Source: Trichosphaerium sp. ATCC 40318
Taxonomy: Eukaryota > Protista > Tubulinea
Assembly (NCBI GenBank): GCA_038496445.1
Contig: JALMLS010000183.1
Coordinates: forward strand, 1-64,000
Direction of reading: 5' to 3'
Length of the DNA stretch: 64,000 bases
The notes below the pieces were generated by a model. That model had not been told where the DNA came from. It worked only from the letters and a program-made list of their open reading frames with translations, and ran no database searches. This document shows, one piece after another, positions 12,691-24,437 of the stretch. Made by a program: the position numbers and the translations under genes. The stretch's first letter is position 1; each line of letters begins with the position of its first letter.

Positions 12691-12877
12691 ATTGTAGGCC
12701 AGCATGTGTTTAAGTGTGGATGACATCACTCCTTACACTAGTTATCTTTTTGCCTTTGAAAGCTCAAAAGCAGGTGCGAAGAGCATCAATAAAGTTTGAA
12801 CAGCAAAGAAGCATTGTAGAACAACTAGTATCAACGAATAAGATTCAATGGTGTTTATTGTTGCGGTATGAACACAT

Positions 12878-13321
12878 TCAAATTCTGATAATATCAAACG
12901 ATTCATCCTGATTGTCAGCTGTTTCAAGGTGAACTCGTTGAAAGTTTGCCTCCCCAGGACCAGCATCTAGTACGTAGGTGGTAGGGTAACGGCGAAGAAC
13001 CTTCGAACCTGAAGGAGTAGTGGAGATCCTCCATAGTTGTTCTATGCGCCCGTCGCACCAGTTACAATACACTGGTAATCCAGAGTGTTCTGCTTCCAAA
13101 CATTTTCCAAGTCCTTCGTTTATTATTCGGTAAACATTAACTCCAATTTCGTTCATAAACCACCATTGGTTTGATAGCTCTGGACTTGAACGCATCAAAG
13201 CAGGGCCGAAGCCATTAATTCCAAGAGCAAAGTCGGTGCCTGATTTTATTATCTGTACTCTATAGGCAGTGCATAAGGTAGCAAGACATAAGATGAAGAA
13301 ATGAAGAGCGAGTGTACGCAT
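12878..13321 (-). CDS. Secreted ricin-B (beta-trefoil) lectin-like protein, intronless
   Basis: Signal peptide MRTLALHFFILCLATLCTA; QxW motifs NQWW and EQLW; YRIINEGLGKCLEA; YVLDA. Confidence 0.75.
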   Translation of the reverse strand: MRTLALHFFILCLATLCTAYRVQIIKSGTDFALGINGFGPALMRSSPELSNQWWFMNEIGVNVYRIINEGLGKCLEAEHSGLPVYCNWCDGRIEQLWRISTTPSGSKVLRRYPTTYVLDAGPGEANFQRVHLETADNQDESFDIIRI

Positions 13322-14826
13322 TGTGTATGCTTAGCGTTTATGTTGATGTCAACACAATTTGTTGTGCTACGTTTAAGCTGTCAATGTGAACGGTGTTTTG
13401 GTAGCTTCGCTTATACCAGAATACTACTATACCCTCCAGAGGAGACATGCGGACAACACTAAAGGTGGCTAGTAAAGTGTATGGTTTTTCTTTCTATGAT
13501 CCTTTGATAGCCAACATTAAAATAGGTTGTAGTAAACAATGAAGAACTCTACATCAGCATACGATTTAATAAAAAAAGACCGATAGAACGCGTTGCCTTG
13601 TGAATTGGAGTGAACCGCAGTTTTAACGAGGCAAATTGTTTGAAGCTCAGATATTTAATAAAAAGCACAGTGATAAACCAGTTCGTCGTTTTAAAAACGG
13701 GCAGCCTAAAAACGGTTTTCGTGTTTGGTTTTGTTCTTACCACACGTTACACACTACAGATTCATGGTTTTGTGTGTTCGTATCAGCCGATAGTTTTGAA
13801 TCACACGTGATTCTAATCGTTTTCACGGTTTTAAAACGTCGACACCTGAAAAGCGTTCACCAAATGGTGTTCTTGTTTGGGTAGTTCTCACCGCGCTGCA
13901 GACCACATCATACAATTAGTATTGTGTTGGTTGTATCGGTTCAGCTAAAGTCCGAAAATATAATAGTTAGGCGAAATACTACGTTGCTGCTGGTTCATTT
14001 AGGTGAAGCTAACTACGTCAGTGCGGTTGGGTTGATAAAGTGTGCGTTGATAAGCATACATTGGAACACAATACATTAAAAGATCCAATTACTACATTAC
14101 AAATCCTGACCTTGCTATTTGTTTTCGGGTTGGCTAAAAGTCCTAAAAAAAAGGTGCTACGTACCCATTAATGATTATCACTTACCCCAAAAAGGTATTC
14201 CGAGGCAACACAACTAAACAACACTCATCAGATTGTTGAAAAACCCAACGTTAATAATTTAGTAACTACCTTTAGCCTTTTCTACCACCTTTATAGTTGG
14301 TACTATCGAAATATAACCATTGTTATTTCATGGATTTTTGACTAACACTCAATCATATGCGTCACAGCAAAGCCTAAACAAAAAGTTACATTACACTTTT
14401 GTTATTTGCAGTTAAATCACAGTGTACTGTTGTTCTCAGTAGCAAAATTCTGATGCTCTAGCAGCGCATAACAATTTCCATTCCGATTCAATGCGTTGAC
14501 CTTCCATTCTAGAGCTATTAACTGGCTTTAAATATGCTCTAACACGTGTAAATAACAACTTTCTGTAAAGATGCTCTGTTGTCGAGCCTCCATCAGACCC
14601 ACAACGTCTTCAATTGGTGTATTCTAATATCTGTCAAATCGCCATATTTGAGTAGTACCAAGCAACTACTGACATGAGTGTAGAAACATAAGTTGGTTTG
14701 CAAACATCGCTGCCAAGTTTGTATGGTAGAACCCAACGAGAAAACCGTGGTGTCATTTAAGGAGAGCCAAATTGTACATATCAGAATAAAATGAGTCTGA
14801 ATTTCAGAAGTAAGTTTTTATTAGAA

Positions 14827-16426
14827 TTATCTATCCCTTGCTCTCCCTCTATCTCTAGTCCTGTCTCTGTCTTGCCTATCTCTACGACGATTAGGTCGTC
14901 TATCTGATTCTCTGTATGGATGTGACCGATACCGGGATGAGTATGAAGCTAACAAGAGTTAGCTAAAGAGTTGCAAGAAAAACAAAAAAAAAATTCTAAC
15001 GTTTTGAATCTCGGTGACGCCGGCTTCCATAGCGACCATCACGTCTTGAACTATCTCTTGAGCGATGATCATCTCGTGATCGTCTCTTTCTTGAGTTTCT
15101 GGAATCAGGTGATCCTGATCTAGAACGTCCAGGAGACTCACGTTTTTTAGAAGGAGAAGGAGCCTTTTCTTCTTCAACTTCCTCTTCTTCAATAGATTCC
15201 TCTTCCTCCACGTCATGGTCAGGGTTAACCGATATGTAAGTGGCTTTAGGGAAAGTATACAAACGTTTAATACGCCAAGCAACCTCGTCTATCTCTTGGT
15301 ACGTCAAGGAATCAACTCAAGTCAAAAACTCTGAAAATTAAACAAAAAAATGTCGGAATGGATACGTTCTTTTTCCGCTTCAAACAGGCTCCACCAAGGA
15401 GGGTCTTGTGGAAGCTTTATCTTTAGATCATTTGCGGCCATATTTAAGCATGCTGTTGCAATCACACAAGGTGTGAACATTACTGAGACTGGTGACCGAT
15501 AACTACAAAGAACAACAACAATCAGCTTCACAAACAAAACAAACAAAAAAAAGATGTCACAGTAAAAGTGTCAATGTAATGGTAACGTACCTATCTGATA
15601 TATAGTTCCATGCACGCTGTGCAAGGCCCTCTTTCTCATATAACTTAAGGATAGAGACTAGATAATTGACGAGATACTTGTAAGGATGGTAGACGTATAT
15701 CCGAAATCCCATTTCTTTTAGCATCACACGTTCTGTCACTTTCAATCCAGGCTTCAATTCCCAGTAAATCTATTTCAAACTAACAGTAAGCGTACATTGA
15801 GGCAAGGACGATGTAATTTGATTCAATTTCAAAAAAAAATACCTTAGAACCTGGAACCAGTGCTTTGTGTGACTTTCCCGAGCGCATACGGTCAACGTGG
15901 TAGAATACTTTGATTACGTCACGCATTTTTCGAGGTGTTTCTTCTATCTTTGTAGCCAAGAATACAGACGCCATAGCTACGTTCTAGTATAACATGTCAG
16001 TAAATAAAAAAAAGCGCGTAACGGCAAACTACAAATCTTTTTCCTTTTTGAACGCAAATAAATGAAAGAACTTGCTAATTGTCATCTATTTCGCGTGGAA
16101 ATGATGGTATGAGGTTTAATTTCGAGTAGTTTACCTTAACAAAGTATTTTTTAAATGATTGCAGACAATAGAACCGTTGAAACAAAATTTGACCTGTGGC
16201 GATCGTTACCTGAGGCCTAAAGGCGAAAATTATTTAAAACAAATTGAGCTATTAAAAAAACGCAATTACGCCTGTCGTACATGCGTAATAGGATCCCTGC
16301 TTGCTGTATTAGCTCACATCCGTAGATCCGCAACTTCTCCTCTGTATCAGCGTCAATACCATCCTTACGCGACGGAGTGTATTTTATTTGCGATTTTGTA
16401 AAAATGAAGTTCTCTAGGTACTCCAT
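14827..16426 (-). CDS. CCNL: Cyclin L (cyclin box + C-terminal RS/RD domain)
   Basis: TPSRKDGIDADTEEKLRIYGCELIQQAGILLR, PQVTIATGQILFQRFY, FLATKIEETPRKMRDVIKVF, ERVMLKEMGF, HPYK, AQRAWNYISD, PPWWSLF, and an RS-rich tail. Confidence 0.95.
15295..15365 (-). other. Putative U12-type (minor spliceosome) GT-AG intron in cyclin L
   Basis: 5'ss GTATCCAT, branch TTCCTTGAC 8 nt from the intron end, no pyrimidine tract. Removal restores EAEKEQIDEVAWRIKRLY. Confidence 0.75.
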
Positions 16427-17413
16427 AAGTGCGTGGGACGCGAGAAAACTCAATTTTAGTTTTGGCTTTGCTATTTTCAACTGCTTTCTACAAAAGCTAC
16501 CAACGAATGCGTTGGATAACAAAGTAGGTTGTAGAGGTATAAAAGCATAAGTCGCTAATGGTTTGGAACACGTGCAAGTTGACAAAGAGCCCAATATTAA
16601 AACGGTGTCTCCTTGAAGCTCAAACGCGGTTTTGCGAATGTTAGCGATAAAGAAGAGCGAGGAAACAAGCTGGTTGGTACGAGTTTGGGTTCCTGTGTGA
16701 CTTTGCTGGTAAATATAGGTTATTCCCATTAGTTTTCAGAAAGTAGGAATGGTTTAGGATTTTTGTGTTTTTTTTTGTGTTTTACTAAGCATCCTCCTCA
16801 AATTCATTACAAACAGAACGCCAACACATTAAACACTGCCATTGCGTATACCACAACTAAATTGTTTTTAAACGATGCATCTATAAAAGCGCAAAAGCAG
16901 CATTCCTCTCTCGAAGACCCGTGCATCAGCGCTGTGGTCCCGGATTAGCATATTACTATATGGATTTTAAGCTGACAAACGGATGATTCGTCGGCCTAGA
17001 AAATATCTACTAAAAACTATGATAACTAATATTGCTACAAAAAAGTCCGGAGACGTGCAGGCTCTTGTCAATAAAAATCTTCACGTGGTGCTCCAATGTC
17101 CAAATTGTGTCAAGATACAGACATGTCTCAAGAATATGCAAGTCGTCGCTACAAATAGCAACGACATCAATTTGAAGAATGTCAAGTGTCTCACCCTAAT
17201 AACTCCTGAAACTTTATGGGTGAGACACAAAGTCAGGCACGGACTCAATCACCTTTTTGTCTTTTTACATATCGTATTGTCCGCTTGGTTTTAAGTTGGA
17301 AGTGACCACGATAAGTAACAAAAAAATAGCAAAACTTCTTTGAGTTTTCTTTGAAAAAGTGGTTAAAAGCAAAAAAACCGTCAAGGAATTTCATTTAATA
17401 TTCTAACGTAGCT

Positions 17414-18725
17414 ATGGATACATTAATACTGGATGTGTTGGCTTGTATTCTTGAGCATATACATCCAATACCACTTATTGTATTGACGAGTGTTTGTAGA
17501 CGATGGAAAACAATTATCTCACAACTACCTAGTTTGCGTGTGCGTAAAAGAGTGTAGACAACTTTATAACAAACTATTTGACTAGAAAAAAATTACAAAG
17601 TACACTGCCACACGTGTTGAGGGTCAATTTTACTTATTACGCAGTCATAAGCAAGAACCCCAAAGTCAGGTATCTTAATTTTTTTTGAAAATACTATTGC
17701 TTTGACATACTTATGTAGCTCTTGTCGTGGATTATTGGAAGACCAACAGTGTTTGTTTCTGTGACTGACTATCAATTAACTATTTACAACTCATCACACA
17801 AAAAGGTAGCATTACACACGCTTCTGGTTTAGACTTGGTTAAAGTTGTTTAGTTTGTGCTATACTCCATACCTTTGTTGCATACTAGATTCAAAGTAGGG
17901 ACGAGTGTTATCTTTTATCATAAAAACTTCAAGTTTACTTTGACACGTGTATCATTTATCTGGCACGATTACCTGGAATGGAATAAGCAACTATGGTACC
18001 AACTTACTCTATCAAGTGACTTAAAAACCCTAGTGAAATTCAGCAAGTTATTAAACTATATGTGATAGGAAGTTCATTAGTTGGTACTGTTATGGTTTTT
18101 TTTGGGATCGTTAATAAGGTTAAAGGCAAAACTTCTCTTTGTTGGTACTTTTTGGGCGATCGTCCACCAGTAATTGAAGTTTTCCAGGTACCATTATGTT
18201 TTGTATACGGTGTTATGACTTTAAACCACAGCGGCCATATACTGCATTAAGGAGGTTAGATGGTAAACTTAGAAAGCTTTTTGTGTTAGATCTTCATGTC
18301 TTTCAAGCAAGTATTTAATCTTTTTTGATAGAAACCCTTGCATTAACTTTACACAGGTTCATCATGTTCGCGATAGTGCTGTACTTGTTTTTGATGTAAA
18401 CAATACTGAGAGCTTTGATGTTGTCAAATCCCTGGCAACCATAGTTTTGCAGAAATCATTGAAATCAGTTGTTCTTATTGGCAATAAAATTGATGAAGAT
18501 ACCCCAAGACAGGTGGTTAAAGTACTTTTTTTTTCTTTGTTTTTACTTTATACTAGGTAGACTATGTCGAAGCAAAAGCACTAGCCAGGAGTTTGAATTG
18601 TGCTTACTTTGAAACCAGCTCAAGAACTGGACAAGGAGGCAAGAGTGATCTTCTTTTGTTGTCAGGTACTAATTAGCATACTAGTTGAAGAAGTTGTTTT
18701 GCACCTTATTCGTGGAATGATGTAG
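17414..18725 (+). CDS. F-box protein fused to a degenerate Ras-like small GTPase domain
   Basis: F-box MDTLILDVLACILEHIHPIPLIVLTSVCRRWKTII; aberrant P-loop GIVNKVKGKTSL; LDGKLRKLFVLDLH; AVLVFDVNNTESF; G4 VVLIGNKID; G5 YFETSSRTGQG; VEEVVLHLIR. Confidence 0.75.
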
Positions 18726-18793
18726 AAACGCTGAAGTATTAATATTAACAATCTAATGTGACATACAATGTAAAGAACAAAACGGTTTATTAT

Positions 18794-20064
18794 CTAAATG
18801 GTTGGGGAAGCCTCTATCGTTGGTGACTCGACAGTTGTTGGTCCTGTGGCAGGTGCCTGATTAGGAAGCCCTGTAGGTTGAGGGACTGGTGAGTGAGTTG
18901 GAGAAGCGTTTGGGGCGTGTGTTGGAGAAGCGGCTGGTGCATGAGTTGGAGGCCCTGTGGGCTGAAGGATTGGAGGTCCTGTAGGTTGAAGGTATGGCGC
19001 GTGAGTTGGAGAAGCGGCTGGTGCGTGAGTTGGAGGCCCTGTGGGCTGAATGATTGGAGGTCCTGTAGGTTGAAGGTATGGTGCGTGAGTTGGAGAAGCG
19101 GCTGGTGCGTGAGTTGGAGAAGCGGCTGGTGCGTGAGTTGGAGAAGCGGATGGAACTGGCACTGTTGATGATGTACATTGATTAAATATTTCACCGTCCG
19201 ATACAAACCAAGGAAATGCCTCACCTTGGATACAACTGACTTGAGAAACAGCGATATGTAACATACATGTATCTCTTTCTGAGACTACAAATGAAGTCAC
19301 GTGGGTTGGATTTTGAGGGCTTGTAATTCTTGCGAGAGCTCCATTGTCTCCTACACCCCAAATAACATCGTTACAAACAGATATATTTTTCGCTTCTAAG
19401 TTTGATATTACGGGCACCCAACCTCCAAACACAGCTTGACGAACAAACAAGATTCCTTCCCTGATACCATAAATTATATTGCTAGTATCAACAGTGACCT
19501 CAACAAGGTTTCCTCCGACCTAAAAAACTATGAGTTTTCAATCCAGAAATGGTGTTAGGTAGGCGTACATGAAGCCATTGGTTTTTCCAGTAAAAAATTA
19601 GATCATCTGAATTTACACCCCATAGACCACCATCAGGTGTAGCAGATACCATGCTAAGTGTTCCTCCTATATTTTCCCAATAATTACCTTGTGGTAGTTG
19701 TGCCTGGTGAAGAAAGTAAGAACACTTGATAAAAATAATTCGTAAATTGTACCGATATACCAAGTCTTCGGTAGACCTTGTCATCGACACCTGTTCCAAA
19801 CACGTGTCCAGATGATGATACAGCAATTGTTTTTAGCCCTCCGGCTATTAGTAGCCAAGTCCCGTCGGCTTGTAAGAAGTGTATTGAATAGTCGTTTGCT
19901 ATGGCCCATACGCTATGTGAAGACGCAGCTATTTGTTTAACTCCCGAGGGATAAGGGAAAGCTACTCTACTGCAATTAAGTATTTCAATGTCGGGGATGC
20001 TATAGCTTGATACAATTGTAACGAATGTAACAAGGCAAAATAAAGCAGGGAAGAGGTGCTTCAT
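18794..20064 (-). CDS. Secreted tectonin-repeat beta-propeller lectin with Pro/Thr/His-rich mucin-like tail
   Basis: Signal peptide MKHLFPALFCLVTFVTIVSS; tectonin blades WLLIAGGLKTIAVSSSGHVFGTGVDDKVYRR and WENIGGTLSMVSATPDGGLWGVNSDDLIF; SPTHAPAA repeats. Confidence 0.85.
18880..19150 (-). repeat. Coding minisatellite, 24-bp units (SPTHAPAA / QPTGPP) with a higher-order ~96-bp duplication
   Basis: gagttggagaagcggctggtgcgt and variants repeated in tandem. Confidence 0.95.
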
Positions 20065-21539
20065 GCTTGATGGTTTTGAATAATAGCTGTATTTAGTCAC
20101 AAACATTGTGATTCAGTTTTTTGTAGTTTCTCTCACAACACCATGTCGCAAAAACACGTGCTTTAATCAGACTAAGCTGGTATTTAAATTTAGCCAGAAC
20201 AGACGGAGTTGGTGTTTTTTCAGCTTGCGCAGTTTTTTTGCACGTATTTTTAATAGGTGGTAGCCACGCTTTGTTAAAGATGATGGTATTATTTTATTAC
20301 AAACCTGGCTAGCGAGAGAGCGTGTGTACTTTCATTGAAATATCTGATTGAAAGTTTCACGAGGCATCTCTAAACAGACCATTGGCGTTCATCGCGCGAT
20401 ACGTATCATATCTATATGTTTATGTACGTTAGTACCGACGAGTTATCCTAAATCAGCGCGTCGCACGTGTTTGAAGTAACGTTTTGTAATAATTGAAACG
20501 TTACACGGAATGGGTTCGTTTGTGAGTTACTTATCCTCTTCAATAGATGAAGGGTTGAGAATAAAACGTACCTACCAACATAGTATTAGCACCCTCACTA
20601 CTGGAGTGAGGTTGAACCAAGGTCAAACTTGGGACTGTAGTTCGTACTAATACCAACAATACAATTATTAAGGATCATTTTATTTGGGTATGGAGTACAA
20701 GAACGGCGTGTGTGTTTGAGGTAGTGAATACCTCAAGTACCATATTGTCGTTTTATTTTTGTAATAAATCATCAAGAGGTGGATTGTAAGGTTTGTCGGC
20801 TTAGGACGGGGTAACGCCTATGGTGTTTGGTAAGTACAACTACTTTCGTTGTAGGTGAGTACTATTATTTGAGTCTCGGGCACTACACTTGAACTTGATC
20901 AAACCTAGACATTGAAGGGTATGAACAAGATAAAATCTATCAGAATTACTAGAGTCATTACTGTTACAGTCCATCAAACTAAGGTACGATCTTTGATTTC
21001 TGGCTCAGGTCTATGTCTCCAACTTCAAAAAACTTCCACGAAGATACTTGGGTCAGAAGGGTAGTATATAAATACTAGAATGAGACGCACGTGTTTATTA
21101 AAGCAATCTAGTTCACAAGACCCGGCTTGAAAGTTACATAGGAACATAATGTGTTTGCTTTCAATTTTAGTTGTTGTTAGATGGACAAGATTGTCAATTT
21201 TAGGGATACGCGCTTTGGGAGGAAAGACGGTCAGTCTTTGTGGCTCTAACGTATCCACGCGAGCGGATTATTCTACATTTAAGAACACTCGTGTGAATTG
21301 GAAATGTGTTTGAAGACAAAATTGCGAAGAAAAAGAATTTTTTTTTCGAAAGGATTTCAGGTGGGTGAGGGGATATTTTGATTGCTACTCGCCATTGTCT
21401 TGTTGTCTATTGTGTCCTTCGATATTGAAATTCTTGTTCAGTCCAACCTAACATTTGAATGTTCCACATGTTCATAAACACAGTTGTAAAAGCATCTGTT
21501 ATGTACTACCTAGTTATTTATTATATAATCACGATGTAC

Positions 21540-21906
21540 TAGCGATGTTCCAAACGGATAGATTGCAAAATTCATATTTGAGAAAACTTTTCTTGGTTTA
21601 TTCGAATATATTCTTATCGCTTTTGTGGTGAGACAAAACGGCACAAATTACATCCTCATTACTGTCCTAAAACCATTTCTTTACATCCTCACAACGTCTG
21701 AGACTCTATGTATAGAACTATGTATTTTAAAACATATGAGAGTAGTTTGGATGAAAAAAAAGCACTTGGTGATTGAAAAAAAAGCCAACAACTTTCAGTT
21801 TTACAGTCGCTCTTCTCTGAAAACCGAATCGGAATAGAGTCGAATATTTCCAACTTTTCACGTTTTGGCGATAGATTCGGTATTCTATTCGTTTGGAACA
21901 TCGCTA
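21540..21906. mobile_element. Non-autonomous hAT-type MITE (367 bp)
   Basis: 23-bp terminal inverted repeats TAGCGATGTTCCAAACG(G/A)ATAGA (22/23 match), flanked by an exact 8-bp target-site duplication CGATGTAC (21532-21539 and 21907-21914). Confidence 0.9.
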
Positions 21907-22816
21907 CGATGTACTAGTCAGTGATTGAAGAGAAGGTGTAAGTTGAGTTGTATTGTTATGTTTATTATTTGTTTACAATTAGTACGTTGGGAGACTTCAT
22001 ACTATTATTGTTGTTAGTAGAGCAAGTTGGGCTACTATCACGCCTAACTTTTGATATTATCAACCAAGGTTATATTCTTAACCTCCACATTGACAATCTT
22101 TCTGCGAGTTGTTTGAACTCCTCCTGGAATAATTGTTGGTACTGCAATCATTTGCTACTCCCCTTGATGACGTTGACGATGAATTTCTGAGCAACAATAC
22201 AAGTTACCAACTTGTTTGAAGATGATTCCGACAACAAAGATGAGGAACTTTACTTTATGGAAAGAATAAAAACGATTAACTTCAGATGTCTCTCCGGTCA
22301 TATCGGAATCACATATAGAGCTCATTTCAAGAACAATTAAAGAAGTTCAAGGACACGGATGATATTCAACAGTATCAAAAGAGACGAAATGAAGAGGTCT
22401 TTTAAGAAGGAGATTGAAAGGAAGATTACAATGTGCAATACGTCTAGACAGAGTCATCAACGAAGAATACAACTCATAGACCTGTGCATCCAAAGACGTA
22501 CCCAAGAAGAGTGTTGAAGATCACAAGAACACCACTCAAGAGGAACAATTACAAGATGAATCTATATTTATAATTATATTTGTAATATATAATCTCGTAG
22601 TCATAGAACTACTTGATTCTAGGGAGGCAGAATGTAAAGATGCCCGTATTTACATATCTCAATTATACTGATGTTCCGTAGGTATCTCATACTAATTATG
22701 AAATCTCCCAAACAAACATAACATTATCTCAAATCACGTGCTTGACTAGAGTCCAGTAAAGTCAGCACGTGTGACGTAATTGACCAACCCCACCGCAAGT
22801 ACCAGCAACGTTTTAA

Positions 22817-23752
22817 ATGTCAATTAAACGACAATCATCGCTACAAGGCGTTAAACGATGTACAACGTTTCAAGAGCTGCCACCAGAGACTACAACGCAT
22901 ATTCTTCGCTATTTAAACAAAACCCAGCTTATTCAAGCTTCTACTGTTTCTCACGTGTTTAATGACATCATCCGTCACAATATTGGGTTTGATTGTATCA
23001 AACTGAGATCCTCATCACATTGTGCAGTATTGAAAGGTAGTCCTTTGCTTAAAAACACCAAAATAGGTTTTTCGTGTGGTTTCATACCTTCAAAGAGTGA
23101 TTTCGCATGTCTCTATGGCGTCCATACAATACATCTGCACAGCACAGAAACCACTGATGAAGGCATCATTGCATTAGTACAGGGAGGAACACACCAGATC
23201 CATACCATCAGCTTAAGAGAGTCACCCATAACAGATATTGCATTAAAAGCACTTTGTGGCGTACATACAATTGAACTTTTTTGGTGTAGCCACTTTACTT
23301 TAGAGGGAATAAAAGCAATCAAAAACCCACACTGTATTCTGCTCACCGATCCAAAAAAAGAGTGGTTTGAATACCTCTGTAATATACATACTGTACATCT
23401 CATTGATGATGAGAATGTAGTAAACCCAAAGCTTGATGATGAATTCAAAACACTTACAAATGTCAAGCACTTATATCTATGTGATGTCAACAGAATAACC
23501 GATTCAGCTTTTAGTAATTTAGGAAACCTTGAACTGATTTCTCTTTCGTTTTGTGACACCATCACAGATTCATGTTTTAAGAACTTGGTTGGCCTTGAAC
23601 ACCTTAAGGTGTGTGGTTGTCGAAATATTACAAACTCATGTTTGACACATTTGAAATCTCTTAAATCTGTTACACTTTACGGAGAAAATATCAAAATAAC
23701 AAAAGCGGCAGTGGAGGCACTTGATCTTAAATTCAATCACGTGCGACGCTAA
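22817..23752 (+). CDS. F-box / leucine-rich-repeat protein, intronless
   Basis: F-box FQELPPETTTHILRYLNKTQLIQASTVSHVF; LRRs such as VHTIHLHSTETTDEGI and LELISLSFCDTITDSCF. Confidence 0.9.
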   Translation: MSIKRQSSLQGVKRCTTFQELPPETTTHILRYLNKTQLIQASTVSHVFNDIIRHNIGFDCIKLRSSSHCAVLKGSPLLKNTKIGFSCGFIPSKSDFACLYGVHTIHLHSTETTDEGIIALVQGGTHQIHTISLRESPITDIALKALCGVHTIELFWCSHFTLEGIKAIKNPHCILLTDPKKEWFEYLCNIHTVHLIDDENVVNPKLDDEFKTLTNVKHLYLCDVNRITDSAFSNLGNLELISLSFCDTITDSCFKNLVGLEHLKVCGCRNITNSCLTHLKSLKSVTLYGENIKITKAAVEALDLKFNHVRR

Positions 23753-24437
23753 TTAATGAAATTAATGTTTACTTGGCCTTCCATGAATAAACCTCATCTC
23801 AAACGTTATCTTCCATTATACCTTTTGTAGATTGCATGAAAGAAATCGTATGAACAAATAAGTGACTATTGTCTGTCCTGTGAGATAAACTTGTTTCATG
23901 TATTGGCCGTTTCAGCAGTATTTTGACGTTTATTTTTTTAGTTAAAAAGTGCTCCAATGAATACTACTCCACTAATTAAGTGCTTCCAGAGCGAAAAATA
24001 AAAAGGTAGTACAAGTTTTAAGATTTGCTGAAACGTTTGAGAACATTGGCGCGTTTGTAAGTCACGTGGAGTATCAATCTCAATATTATCAGCAATAAGC
24101 TTCTAAGAAGACTAAGCTTTAACCTAAGCAAACGCATAGTCCAGTAATTTGACGATCCATCCATAGGGTGAGAGTCGCACGTGAACAAATTCATTGAATT
24201 TTCTGAGTCTTTGTAATCAGTAACTCTTCAGTAAACATAATGTTGCGTCTGTGCAACACAATTTTAATTTCACGTGATATAGAGCGTTGCACGTTCTCTC
24301 CTTGTATAGTTATTGACTCAAGTCATATATCTCCTGAATTTACAACAGACCCAATGATTCATGAACCTTTGCCACTGCTGCTTAACGGAAAATTACTTAA
24401 CGCTGTATCATACTCAAGAATAACCACGCTTTGAGAT

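Noticed and set aside
13590-13900. Palindrome-rich stretch (aaaacggtttt, ttttaaaa) as a possible MITE
   Set aside because: I could not find terminal inverted repeats or a target-site duplication.
14400-14790. Possible pseudogene on the minus strand
   Set aside because: Interrupted by stops and resembles no family I recognise.
18880-19150. CRISPR-like repeat array
   Set aside because: 24-bp units are in frame in a mucin-like tail, with no unique spacers and no cas genes; the context is eukaryotic.
21950-22560. Purine-rich, acidic coding-like decay (ASWATITP, EDDSDNKDEE), possibly a transposase remnant
   Set aside because: Multiple stops and frameshifts and no diagnostic catalytic motif; cannot be assigned without a search.
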